From assembly GCA_017507145.1 (NCBI GenBank), contig JAFWBJ010000107.1:3712-67711 (forward strand): a stretch of DNA of 64,000 nucleotides, in the 5' to 3' direction. Below, in pieces: positions 18,620-27,538 of the stretch; position 1 is the first letter of the stretch, and each line of letters starts with the position of its first letter. The DNA is from Clostridia bacterium (GTDB lineage: Bacteria; Bacillota; Clostridia; Oscillospirales; CAG-272). The position numbers and the translations under genes were made by a program. The notes beneath the pieces were generated by a model. That model did not search any database. It saw only the letters and a list, made by a program, of their open reading frames with translations, and was not told the origin of the DNA.

Positions 18620-19516
18620 TTATTCCCCCACCGTGAAGGCAGTCTCGATGGCGTCGGCCAGCAGGCCCGAGATCTGTTCGCTGATGACATCGCTTTCCTT
18701 GGGCGATACGAAAAAACCACGTCCGTTTTCGAGGATCGCACGTAGGGTATCGCTGATTTCCCCGATTCCAGCCTGGCCCAACGCATCGTAAACCAGCGTT
18801 GAGGAATCAACTACCGTCGGCACCCCCAGCGCCAGCACCGGCCGCCCGACCGAGTCCTGGCAGATGGCACGGCGATGATTGCCGATTCCGGCTCCCGGTG
18901 CGATGCCGGCGCTGCACAGCTGTACGGTTGAAGCCAGCCGGGCGCAGGAACGTGCGGCCAGCGCATCAACCGCAATGACCAGATCGGGCTCGGCATTGAC
19001 GGCCGCACCGCGTACCAGCTCGACCGTCTCGATTCCGGTTTGCCCCAGTACGCCGGGCGCGAGCGCCGAGAGGGAACAGCGTCCGATTGCCGAATAAGCC
19101 TCCGGGGCATAATCGCGCAGATGCCGAGTGGCTGAGAGCTTCTGCACGGTCAGCGGGCCGATGGCATCAGCCGTGATCTCGCGGTTGCCCAGTCCTGCGA
19201 CCAGCACGCCGAATTCCGCGTCAGGCCGGCGGCCGGTCATCTCTTCGCTCAGCATGCGCAGCTGTTCGGCCAGCAGATCGCGGAACTGCGTGTATTCCTC
19301 TCCATCGAGTTTCCAGAGATCGGCTCGACTGAGCGTGATATAGCGGCCGACCGGTTTGCCGAGCGTTTTTGCCGCATCCTCCTCGAGAATGGAGAGATCG
19401 GTGCAGCTGATGCCGTGAATGACGCGCTCCTTGCTCTCAACGCCGGCCATGGGACCTGATAGAGGCGGCTTGGTTTCACAGGCGAGGTCGGTACGGGTGT
19501 AATCGGATGTGGGCAT
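18620..19516 (-). CDS. gpr: GPR endopeptidase (spore germination protease)
   Basis: RTDLACE, VAGLGNREITADAIGP, APGVLGQTGIET, DLVIAVDALAARS, and GVPTVVD. ATG 19516 follows GGAGGT. Confidence 0.85.
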   Translation of the reverse strand: MPTSDYTRTDLACETKPPLSGPMAGVESKERVIHGISCTDLSILEEDAAKTLGKPVGRYITLSRADLWKLDGEEYTQFRDLLAEQLRMLSEEMTGRRPDAEFGVLVAGLGNREITADAIGPLTVQKLSATRHLRDYAPEAYSAIGRCSLSALAPGVLGQTGIETVELVRGAAVNAEPDLVIAVDALAARSCARLASTVQLCSAGIAPGAGIGNHRRAICQDSVGRPVLALGVPTVVDSSTLVYDALGQAGIGEISDTLRAILENGRGFFVSPKESDVISEQISGLLADAIETAFTVGE

Positions 19517-19638
19517 AGTAACCTCCGTTTTCTCTGCCGGATTGTCAGAATGGACAGAGGTAGTTTCTGCCAGAAAAAACAGATTTATGCACATTCGGCC
19601 GTTTTGGCGCGCAACATGGATAAAAAAAAGAAAAGGGG

Positions 19639-19667
19639 TTGAAATTTTTGGCAAAATGCGGTATAAT
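19639..19667 (+). promoter_or_regulatory. sigma-A-type promoter P1 in the gpr/SBP intergenic region
   Basis: TTGAAA, 17 nt, TATAAT, about 205 nt upstream of the SBP start. Confidence 0.5.
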
Positions 19668-19775
19668 AAAATGAAGCAATGCAATGTGCCGATGTCACGG
19701 AACGGCAATGTGCACAAATATAATAGCCAAAAATTGTGCGAATGTCCAAATATTTTATCTGAACAGCGGAAAAGA

Positions 19776-19804
19776 TTGATTTGCAACCCGTTTCGTGGTA
19801 TAAT
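19776..19804 (+). promoter_or_regulatory. sigma-A-type promoter P2 for the OppA-like SBP gene
   Basis: TTGATT, 17 nt, TATAAT (TGG upstream), 68 nt before ATG 19872. Confidence 0.55.
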
Positions 19805-19871
19805 ATTTAGGTAACATTCGCTCTATGTTTGTTTTTGATTTTTTATGAGCATGAGGAGGAAAAACCCAACT

Positions 19872-21620
19872 ATGATGAAGCGATTGATGGCTCTGACCCT
19901 TTGCCTCTTTACTCTGCTGTCGGTCTTTGGCTGTGCCAAGCGCGACAAGCTGGAAGGCGAAGAAGATAAGGGTGCATTTATTAATATGTACCTCGGCACC
20001 GAGATTTATGATTTTGACCCCCAGCTGCCCGTTACCAATGACTCGGCAGTGAAGGTGATCAGTATGATATACGAGCCGCTGTTCTGCGTTGCTGAGAATG
20101 GCAAGCTTGAGAAAGCACTGGTCAAGAAGGTTGAGATCAAGGAAAACGATGTGAAGGGTGAGTATCAGATGATCCTGACCCTCAACGATACCTGTTGGAG
20201 CGACGGTACTTACGTTTCTGCAAACAATGTCGTATATTCCTGGAAGCGTATTCTCGAGCCCGATTTCACCAGCCCCGCCTGTGCTCTCCTCTTTGACGTC
20301 AAGAACGCCCGCGCCATCAAGGAAGGCGATGCTTCGATCGACGACCTTGGTGTTGCCGCGATTGACGAGCTGGTGATTGAAATTACCTTTGAGGGTAAGA
20401 TCGACTACGATCAGTTTATGCTTAACCTGGCCAGCTACGCCCTGGTTCCGCTGCGCGAGGATATCGTCAGCCGTTCGGCCGACTGGTCCAAGAAGCCCGC
20501 AACCACCGTTTGCAGCGGTCCCTTCATGCTCCGCCGCGTCACCTATGGCGAAGGCCTGATTCTCGAGCGTAACTCCTACTATTTCCGTGACACCGATAAG
20601 GAAGACGGAGACGTGCTCAATAAGTCGGTCAACCCCTACCGTATCGTCATCGACTTCACCAAGTCCACTGCCGACCAGGTGACCGATTTCACCACCGACC
20701 TGCTGTTCTACAACAACGAGATCGCCCTTGATCAGCGTGCTGCTTATGCAGAGACTGCTCAGATTACCGATCTTGCTTCGACGCATGCTTATTTCTTCAA
20801 CATGAGCAACCCGCTCTTCGAGAAGGCAGAGGTTCGCCGTGCCCTTTCGATGGCGCTTGACCGTGAGGCAATCGCAAAGGCCGTCGTCTTTGCAAAGCCC
20901 GCAACCGGTGTTGTGCCTTACGCCGTCTTCAATGGCAAGACCGCAGACTCCCTCTTCCGTGAGGTTGGCGGTTCGCTGATCACCACCACCGCAGATATCG
21001 CAGGTGCCAAGAGCCTGCTGGCTTCGGCCGGTGTCAATGGCGGCGAGTTCACGCTCACCCACCGCGCTGACGAAGTTGACCGCGCCGTTGCCGAGATGGC
21101 AAAGGCCGCTTGGGAGCAGCTCGGCTTCACCGTGACGCTGGTTGAACTCAGCTCTGAGAAGCCCGCTTCTGAGGTCGAGGCCATCAAGGACGATGCCTTC
21201 AACAAGGTATTTGCTGCCCGTAACTTTGACGTTATCGCGATCGATGCTTCTACGCTGACCGCCGATGCATACTCTATCCTCGCTCCCTTTGCCAAGCTCT
21301 TCTCCGGCCAGGGCATGGATATGACCACCGGCGAGTACCTCGCTTCTCCCCACATCACCGGCTACGACAGCGAGGCCTATAACGCAAAGATGGAAGAGGT
21401 TTACGCCGAGAAGGACATTGAGGCTCGCGCGGCTCTTCTGCATGAGGCAGAGAAGATCCTCGTTGAGGATATGCCCATTATTCCGGTTTACTTCAACCAG
21501 GATGCCGCAATCATCCATGATGATCTGACCGGTATCAAGAGCTTCTGGGGCGGTCTTCGCGATTTCCGCATGGCAAAGCTTGCTGACTACGGCCGCTTTA
21601 CCACCGCTGTTACCGAGTAA
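19872..21620 (+). CDS. ABC transporter substrate-binding lipoprotein, family 5 (peptide/nickel, OppA-like)
   Basis: Lipobox LLSVFGC. The family-5 SBP look includes YSWKRILEP and LERNSYYF. No permease or ATPase genes are adjacent. Confidence 0.8.
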   Translation: MMKRLMALTLCLFTLLSVFGCAKRDKLEGEEDKGAFINMYLGTEIYDFDPQLPVTNDSAVKVISMIYEPLFCVAENGKLEKALVKKVEIKENDVKGEYQMILTLNDTCWSDGTYVSANNVVYSWKRILEPDFTSPACALLFDVKNARAIKEGDASIDDLGVAAIDELVIEITFEGKIDYDQFMLNLASYALVPLREDIVSRSADWSKKPATTVCSGPFMLRRVTYGEGLILERNSYYFRDTDKEDGDVLNKSVNPYRIVIDFTKSTADQVTDFTTDLLFYNNEIALDQRAAYAETAQITDLASTHAYFFNMSNPLFEKAEVRRALSMALDREAIAKAVVFAKPATGVVPYAVFNGKTADSLFREVGGSLITTTADIAGAKSLLASAGVNGGEFTLTHRADEVDRAVAEMAKAAWEQLGFTVTLVELSSEKPASEVEAIKDDAFNKVFAARNFDVIAIDASTLTADAYSILAPFAKLFSGQGMDMTTGEYLASPHITGYDSEAYNAKMEEVYAEKDIEARAALLHEAEKILVEDMPIIPVYFNQDAAIIHDDLTGIKSFWGGLRDFRMAKLADYGRFTTAVTE

Positions 21621-21634
21621 TTCAATCCAATCGA

Positions 21635-21664
21635 GAGGCATCGGGCTTTCCCGATGCCTCTTTT
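21635..21664 (+). terminator. intrinsic terminator after the OppA-like SBP gene
   Basis: GAGGCATCGGG-cttt-CCCGATGCCTC followed by TTTT. Confidence 0.8.
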
Positions 21665-21671
21665 CCTGCCC

Positions 21672-21708
21672 AAAAAGCACCCCCGCATCCGACCGGATGC
21701 GGGGGTGC
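21672..21708 (-). terminator. intrinsic terminator after the DUF1294 gene
   Basis: A 14-bp stem GCACCCCCGCATCC/GGATGCGGGGGTGC with TTTTT on the minus strand. Confidence 0.8.
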
Positions 21709-21724
21709 TGCATTGTTGGAAAAA

Positions 21725-22012
21725 TCAAGGCCAGAGGAAAATCAGCACTGCCGCGAGGATAATCTGCGCAGCGATGATCAGCGGCAGGCCAATCATAAAG
21801 GATTTGTGCTGGGTTTTGTGCCGGATGACCTGCATCATCGCGTACATGGCGATTGCGCCGCCGAGCCCGGCGATGGTGAAGAGGGCCTTCTCCGGTGTGC
21901 GTCGGCCGGGCAGGCGCTTGGCGGCGATCTTGTCATAGAGTGTCACGAAAATCGCCACGGCCGAGATCAAGCCGAACCAGAGGTAAGGCAGCAGGCGGAG
22001 CAGCTCACTCAT
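21725..22012 (-). CDS. DUF1294 domain-containing membrane protein
   Basis: The 95-aa protein has YDKIAAKRLPGRRTPEKALFTIAGLGGAIAMYAMMQVIRHKTQH, typical of DUF1294. Its start overlaps the metY stop. Confidence 0.7.
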   Translation of the reverse strand: MSELLRLLPYLWFGLISAVAIFVTLYDKIAAKRLPGRRTPEKALFTIAGLGGAIAMYAMMQVIRHKTQHKSFMIGLPLIIAAQIILAAVLIFLWP

Positions 22013-23286
22013 GCCTTTGCCAGCGCCTGATCGAGGTCGGCGATGATGTCGTCGGCGTCCTCGATGCCGATCGACAGGCGGATCAGATCCGCCGAGATCC
22101 CGCAGGCAACCAGCTGCTCATCGTTCATCTGGCGGTGGGTTGTGCTGGCCGGATGGAGCACGCAGGTGCGGGCGTCGGCGACATGGGTGACGATAGCGGC
22201 GAGTCGGAGCGAATCCATGAAGCGGGTGGCTGCTTCACGACCGCCCTTGACGCCGAAGGAGATGACACCGCAGGTGCCGTTCGGCATGTACTTCTTGGCC
22301 ACCTCGTGATCGGGGCTGTCGGGCAGGGCAGGGTAGCTAACCCAGGAAACGCGCGGGTCATTGGCCAGCCAAGCTGAGATCTTCTCAGCGTTGGCGCAGT
22401 GCTGCTTCATGCGAAGCGCCAGTGTCTCAAGACCAAGGTTGAGCAGGAATGCGTTCTGCGGCGACTGGATCGAGCCGAGGTCGCGCATGATCTGTGCGGT
22501 CGCCTTGGTGATGAAGGCAGCCTTGCCGAAGTCCTTGGCATAGTTGACGCCGTGATAGGACTCATCGGGGGTGGTCAGGCCGGGGAATTTGTCGGTGTGA
22601 GCCAGCCAATCAAAGTTTCCGCTGTCAACGATTGCACCGCCGACGGCAGTCGCATGGCCGTCCATGTACTTGGTGGTCGAATGGGTCACAATGTCAGCAC
22701 CGAACTCGAAGGGACGGCAATTGACCGGCGTCGGGAAGGTATTGTCGACAACCAGCGGAACACCGTGCTTGTGCGCCGCATTGGCGAACTTCTCAATGTC
22801 AAGCACAACCAGCGACGGATTCGAGATCGTTTCGGCAAAAACCGCGCGGGTGTTGGGCCGGAATGCGGCTTCCAGCTCCTCAGCCGTGGCACGAGGATCG
22901 ACGAAGGTCGCCTCGATCCCCATCTTCTTCATCGTGACACCGATCAGATTGAAGGTACCGCCGTAAATTGCCGACGATGCAACAATATGATCGCCCGCCG
23001 AGCAGAGATTGAAGAGCGCGTAGAAATTGGCCGCCTGGCCGGACGAGGTCAGCATCGCAGCCACACCGCCTTCAAGCGCCGCAATCTTTGCCGCGACTGC
23101 ATCATTGGTCGGATTCTGCAGGCGGGTGTAGAAGTAACCGGATGCCTTCAGATCAAAGAGGTCGCCCATCTCCTCGCTGGAATCATATTTATAGGTTGTA
23201 CTCTGCACGATGGGCAGGATGCGGGGCTCGCCATTCTTCGGCGTGTAGCCAGCCTGCACGCATTTTGTCGCAATCTTGTAATCCAT
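22009..23286 (-). CDS. metY: O-acetylhomoserine aminocarboxypropyltransferase (sulfhydrylase)
   Basis: Start at MDYKIATKCVQAGY. PLP-lysine region HSTTKYMDGH. Cys/Met-metabolism PLP-enzyme family. Confidence 0.85.
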   Translation of the reverse strand: MDYKIATKCVQAGYTPKNGEPRILPIVQSTTYKYDSSEEMGDLFDLKASGYFYTRLQNPTNDAVAAKIAALEGGVAAMLTSSGQAANFYALFNLCSAGDHIVASSAIYGGTFNLIGVTMKKMGIEATFVDPRATAEELEAAFRPNTRAVFAETISNPSLVVLDIEKFANAAHKHGVPLVVDNTFPTPVNCRPFEFGADIVTHSTTKYMDGHATAVGGAIVDSGNFDWLAHTDKFPGLTTPDESYHGVNYAKDFGKAAFITKATAQIMRDLGSIQSPQNAFLLNLGLETLALRMKQHCANAEKISAWLANDPRVSWVSYPALPDSPDHEVAKKYMPNGTCGVISFGVKGGREAATRFMDSLRLAAIVTHVADARTCVLHPASTTHRQMNDEQLVACGISADLIRLSIGIEDADDIIADLDQALAKA

Positions 23287-23342
23287 TTTCTGTACCTTCT
23301 TTCGCGTGTATAGCAAAAATTCATGAAAGTTTTTCGGGATTC

Positions 23343-23396
23343 CAAAGCCCCTTTTTTCAAAAAGGGGCTTTGGTGGGGTGTGGGGCAAAGCCCCAC
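23343..23396 (-). terminator. two terminator-like hairpins after glnS
   Basis: GTGGGGC-ttt-GCCCCAC and CCAAAGCCCCTTTT-tgaa-AAAAGGGGCTTTGG on the minus strand. There is no clean trailing U tract. Confidence 0.5.
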
Positions 23397-23400
23397 GTTC

Positions 23401-25056
23401 TTACTTCTTCGGGAAACTGTCCTTGAGACCGACGATGCGGTTGAATGTGCCGGGATTCTTGGTGTCAAGGCAGTAGTAGCCGTTGCGGACAAACTGGAAC
23501 TTGTCGCCGGGCTTGGCATCGGCGAGCGAAGGCTCAACCATAGCGCCGTCAATGCGGGTCAGCGAGTCAGCATTGAGGAAGTCGAGGTAGCTCTTGCCTT
23601 CGGGTACATCAGCCGTGTTTTCGATGTTGAACAGCCGGTCATAGAGCATCAGCGTAGCAGGCTTGGCGTACTTCGCAGAGAGCCAGTGGATGGTGCCCTT
23701 GATTTTTCTGCCATCAAGCGGGTTTCCGTTCCCAGCCTCGAGGTCAGCCGTCGCATGAATGCACTTGATCGAGCCGTCCTCATTCTTCTCAATGCCGGCA
23801 TACTTGATGATATACCCGCCCATCAGGCGAACCTCGCCGTCGGGCTTGAGGCGGAAGAACTTCGGGGGCGGAACTTCAGCAAAGTCATCGGCATCAATAT
23901 AGATCTCGCGGGTCATGGGAACGTCGCGCGTGCCGAGCTCGGGCTTCTGCGGATGGTTGGGCAGGGCAAGGATCTCTTCCTTGTCGGCGGGATAGTTGTC
24001 AATCACGACTTTGATGGGGGTCGCGATGGCGATGCGGCGGAGCGCGTTCTCGTTGAGATCATCGCGCACGCAAGCCTCAAGCTGACGGACATCGACAGTG
24101 TGGTCGGTGTTAGTCACACCAGCCTCGCGGACGAAGGTGAAGAGCGCTTCAGGCGTGTAGCCGCGGCGGCGCAGCCCCTTCAGGGTGGGCAGGCGGGGGT
24201 CATCCCAGCCGTCAGCATAGCCTTCCTCGACCAGCTGGCGCAGATAGCGCTTGGACATGACCGTGTAGGTGATATTCATGCGGCCGAATTCCCACTGGTG
24301 GGGCTTCTTCTCAAAGCCGATCTTGTCGACCACCCAGTCGTAGAGCGGGCGGTGGTTGCGGAATTCGCTCGAGCAGAGCGAGTGGGTGATGCCCTCCAGC
24401 GCGTCCTGGATGGGATGCGCGAAGTCGTACATCGGATAAACGCACCATTCGTCGCCCTGACGGTGGTGGTGGATATGCTTGATGCGGTAGATGACCGGAT
24501 CACGCAGGTAGGGATTATCAGAGGAAGGATCGATCTTTGCGCGGAGGGTGCGTGCACCGTCGGGGAACTCGCCATTCTTCATGCGCTCGAACAGCTCAAG
24601 GTTCTCCTCCACCGAGCGATCACGGTAGGGGGAAGCCTTGGATGCGACCGAGCGGTCAGTGCCCTTGTAGTCGGCCAGATCGTTCTTGGAGAGGTCGCAG
24701 ACATAAGCGTCGCCCTGCTTGATCAGCTGAACGGCGAATTCATAGCACTTGCCGAAATAGTCCGAGCCGTAGAAGACACCGCCGGTGGGCGCAGCGCCCA
24801 GCCACTCCAGGTCCTCACGGATCGAGCGGACAAACTCATCGCTCTCCTTGGCGGGGTTGGTATCATCGTAACGCAGGTTGAACAGACCGCTGTACTTGTT
24901 GGCAATGTCGGTATTGATGCAGATAGCCTTGACCGAGCCGATGTGCAGGTAGCCGTTGGGCTCGGGGGGGAAGCGGGTGTGAATCTTCAGTCCGGGGTTG
25001 GCTGCGAGGTCGGCATCGACCACTTCTTCAATAAAATTCTTGGTGATTTCTTCCAT
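23401..25056 (-). CDS. glnS: glutamine--tRNA ligase
   Basis: TRFPPEPNGYLHIGS (HIGH), VMSKR (KMSKS), and NLRYDDTNP. Confidence 0.9.
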   Translation of the reverse strand: MEEITKNFIEEVVDADLAANPGLKIHTRFPPEPNGYLHIGSVKAICINTDIANKYSGLFNLRYDDTNPAKESDEFVRSIREDLEWLGAAPTGGVFYGSDYFGKCYEFAVQLIKQGDAYVCDLSKNDLADYKGTDRSVASKASPYRDRSVEENLELFERMKNGEFPDGARTLRAKIDPSSDNPYLRDPVIYRIKHIHHHRQGDEWCVYPMYDFAHPIQDALEGITHSLCSSEFRNHRPLYDWVVDKIGFEKKPHQWEFGRMNITYTVMSKRYLRQLVEEGYADGWDDPRLPTLKGLRRRGYTPEALFTFVREAGVTNTDHTVDVRQLEACVRDDLNENALRRIAIATPIKVVIDNYPADKEEILALPNHPQKPELGTRDVPMTREIYIDADDFAEVPPPKFFRLKPDGEVRLMGGYIIKYAGIEKNEDGSIKCIHATADLEAGNGNPLDGRKIKGTIHWLSAKYAKPATLMLYDRLFNIENTADVPEGKSYLDFLNADSLTRIDGAMVEPSLADAKPGDKFQFVRNGYYCLDTKNPGTFNRIVGLKDSFPKK

Positions 25057-25073
25057 GATGAGCATCCTTTCTC

Positions 25074-26768
25074 TCAAAGCGAATCACGCATCGTGCCGAT
25101 TCTGGCCAGCACGCGGTCGCGGCCGAGGATCTGCATGACGGTGTACATATCGGGGGAATTGAGCTTGCCGGTGACGGCGACGCGCAGGAACATACTGACG
25201 TCGGCGACATTGCCGCGGAAAGCATCGGGATTAGCCTTGTAGGCCTTCATATCGGACGCAAAGCCGATGGAATCGGCGATGGCCTTAATCTTTTCAAACC
25301 AGGCATTGCTGTCATCGGCGGGATCAAATCCGGCGCAGAAGGCATCGAAGACGGCCTTGATGTCCTCGGACGAGAACTTACCGCCAGCGGTGATGTCGTC
25401 CTGTACTGCGAAGCAGCTGTCGTAGAAGAAGCCCATGTAGGCCTTGATCTCACTCCACAGGCCGAAGTCCTTGCGGGGCTTCTTGCCGCCGCGGCCGATG
25501 GCGAGGATCGCCTTGGCATAAGCAGGATCGGCCGTCAGCAGGGCGGCGAATTCGGGATCAAACTCGGCAGCCCACGCGGCAGCACGGTCGTAGACCTCGT
25601 CGGCCGTCATGCGGGAGAGCACGTTTTTGGAGACATCATTCAGCTTCGGGAAGTCAACCAGACAGCCCGACGCGCTCATCTTCTTGATGTTGAAGGGGAA
25701 GTCGGTGTAGGGCTTGTCGGGATTCTGCATCCGCCACTCCTCAAAGTTGGAGTTGAGGATGGTCAGCAGGTACTCGCAGACGCTCTCGGTTGCATAGCCG
25801 AGACGGGTGTAGTCATCGACATTGCCGCCCATGTCGCGCTTGGAGAGCTTCTTCTTGTTGCCATTCTCGTCCAGCTTCATGACCTGCGCGGTGTGCATAT
25901 ACTTGGGCGCCTTGAAGCCGAGGTAACGGAAAAGCTGCAGATGCTTGGGCGCGCTGGGAAGCCACTCCTCGCCGCGGATGACGTGGGTGGTGTGCATCAG
26001 ATGATCGTCGACGGCGTGAGCAAAGTGGTAGGTGGGGATGCCGTCCGACTTGAGCAGAACGAAATCCTCGTCATTCTCGGGCATCTCAACCTTGCCCTTG
26101 ATGAGATCGGTGAAGACCACCTTCTTCTCGCTGTCGCCGTCCGAGAGGATGCGGAGCACCCACGGATGACCCGCGGCCAGATGTGCCTCGACCTCCTCAA
26201 CGGTGAACTGGCGCATAGCCAGCTTGCGCTGACGGGCCTCCTCGTTGGCGGCTTCGGTCCACTCCTTCGACTTGACCTCTGCCTTCTTGTCAACGGCCTG
26301 CAGCTCCTCGTACTCTTCCTCGGTGGTGAAGCAGGGGTAGGCCTTGCCTTCGGCCACCAGCTTCTTGGCGAAGACATGGTAGATGGGGCCGCGCTGGCTC
26401 TGCTTGTAGGGGCCGTACGCGCCCTTATCGGTGACATTGCCGTTCTCGTCAAGGATTGCACCCTCGTCGAACTCGACACCGTAGTGGGCCAGGGTTTTGA
26501 TCAGCTTCTCGGTCGCGCCGGCAACCTCGCGCTTGGCATCGGTATCCTCGATGCGGAGGTAGAACACGCCGTTCGACTGATGTGCCAGACGCTCATCAAT
26601 GGTTGCGCCGTACAGGCCGCCGAGGTGAACAAAGCCGGTCGGGCTGGGGGCAAAACGGGTCACCTTGGCACCCTCGGGCAGGTCGCGCGCCGGATAGCGT
26701 GCTTCCATCTCCTCGGGGGTAGCGGTGACGTTCGGGAAAAGCAGTTGGGCAAGATAAGCGTAATCCAT
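25074..26768 (-). CDS. gltX: glutamate--tRNA ligase (long ~560-aa form)
   Basis: RFAPSPTGFVHLGG (HIGH), KLSKR (KMSKS), and LRIEDTD. Confidence 0.85.
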   Translation of the reverse strand: MDYAYLAQLLFPNVTATPEEMEARYPARDLPEGAKVTRFAPSPTGFVHLGGLYGATIDERLAHQSNGVFYLRIEDTDAKREVAGATEKLIKTLAHYGVEFDEGAILDENGNVTDKGAYGPYKQSQRGPIYHVFAKKLVAEGKAYPCFTTEEEYEELQAVDKKAEVKSKEWTEAANEEARQRKLAMRQFTVEEVEAHLAAGHPWVLRILSDGDSEKKVVFTDLIKGKVEMPENDEDFVLLKSDGIPTYHFAHAVDDHLMHTTHVIRGEEWLPSAPKHLQLFRYLGFKAPKYMHTAQVMKLDENGNKKKLSKRDMGGNVDDYTRLGYATESVCEYLLTILNSNFEEWRMQNPDKPYTDFPFNIKKMSASGCLVDFPKLNDVSKNVLSRMTADEVYDRAAAWAAEFDPEFAALLTADPAYAKAILAIGRGGKKPRKDFGLWSEIKAYMGFFYDSCFAVQDDITAGGKFSSEDIKAVFDAFCAGFDPADDSNAWFEKIKAIADSIGFASDMKAYKANPDAFRGNVADVSMFLRVAVTGKLNSPDMYTVMQILGRDRVLARIGTMRDSL

Positions 26769-26786
26769 GTTGTTTATCCTCTATGT

Positions 26787-27410
26787 TCAAAATTTAATAT
26801 ACGGCTGAATCCGGTCAATGGCATCGGCCAGCACGGCGTGCTCACCATGGCCGGGGTAGATCGTCAGAGGCTCGTCCCGCATCGCAGCAAGCTGTCCCAG
26901 TGCATCACAGAGCGTCGACCAATCTCCGCCCGGCAGATCCGTGCGGCCGAAGCCGTCAGCAAAGAGGGTGTCGCCGGTAAAGAGGGCATCGCCCGCGCGG
27001 TAGCAAACGCAGCCGCCGGTGTGGCCGGGCGTGTGCAGAACCGTAAAGCGCAATGCGCCGAAGCTCAGCACCTCGCCGCCGTCAAGCAGCACCTCTGCCG
27101 GTCGGTGGCGGATGTCACGGCCAAGCATGGAGAGATAGCAGCTCTTGGCCGCGTCCTGGGGGAAATCGCTGTCGCCCCGGTGCAGATAAGCCTTGGCCGG
27201 GATGGCATCGCGCAGGTCGTCGAGTGACAGCATGTGGTCGAAATGGCCGTGCGTCAGCAGAATGGCATGCAGGCATAGCCCGTCTTCGCCCAGCGCATCG
27301 GTAATCTCCCGTACCGGGATACTGGGGTCAATCACCACCGCATCCTGTCCTTCGCTGACAAGGTAGCAGTTGGCCGACCAGCCCTTCCGGTGCAGATTCC
27401 GAACACGCAT
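26787..27410 (-). CDS. MBL-fold metallo-hydrolase (glyoxalase II-like)
   Basis: LLTHGHFDH, HTPGHTGG, and GDTLF motifs. First gene of the MBL-gltX-glnS string. Confidence 0.8.
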   Translation of the reverse strand: MRVRNLHRKGWSANCYLVSEGQDAVVIDPSIPVREITDALGEDGLCLHAILLTHGHFDHMLSLDDLRDAIPAKAYLHRGDSDFPQDAAKSCYLSMLGRDIRHRPAEVLLDGGEVLSFGALRFTVLHTPGHTGGCVCYRAGDALFTGDTLFADGFGRTDLPGGDWSTLCDALGQLAAMRDEPLTIYPGHGEHAVLADAIDRIQPYIKF

Positions 27411-27497
27411 CCGATCACATCCTCTCACACAAGATTTCCTATTTTATCATTATACCATACAATATGCCCAATGTCCAGAAATTTTTGCAAAAAGAAG

Positions 27498-27529
27498 CAA
27501 AAAATGAGGCTGCCAGAAGGCAGCCTCAT
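27498..27529 (-). terminator. intrinsic terminator after the sugar SBP gene
   Basis: ATGAGGCTGCC-ttct-GGCAGCCTCAT followed by TTTTT on the minus strand. Confidence 0.8.
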
Positions 27530-27538
27530 GGGGAAGCG

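Noticed and set aside
23287-23400. I expected an S-box (SAM-I) riboswitch upstream of metY.
   Set aside because: The 114-nt gap is filled by the two glnS terminator hairpins and a promoter. No SAM-I core sequences are present, and there is not enough room.
23323-25242. 639-aa plus-strand ORF, one of the longest in the track.
   Set aside because: It is entirely antisense to glnS, which has unmistakable class-I synthetase motifs. Its product is low-complexity and Val/Gly/Ala/Arg-rich. This is a typical high-GC shadow ORF.
26769-27538. Looked for T-box leaders for gltX/glnS.
   Set aside because: gltX follows the MBL gene by 18 nt and glnS follows gltX by 17 nt. The only upstream non-coding region (27411-27538) holds a terminator and a promoter, with no specifier or T-box sequence.
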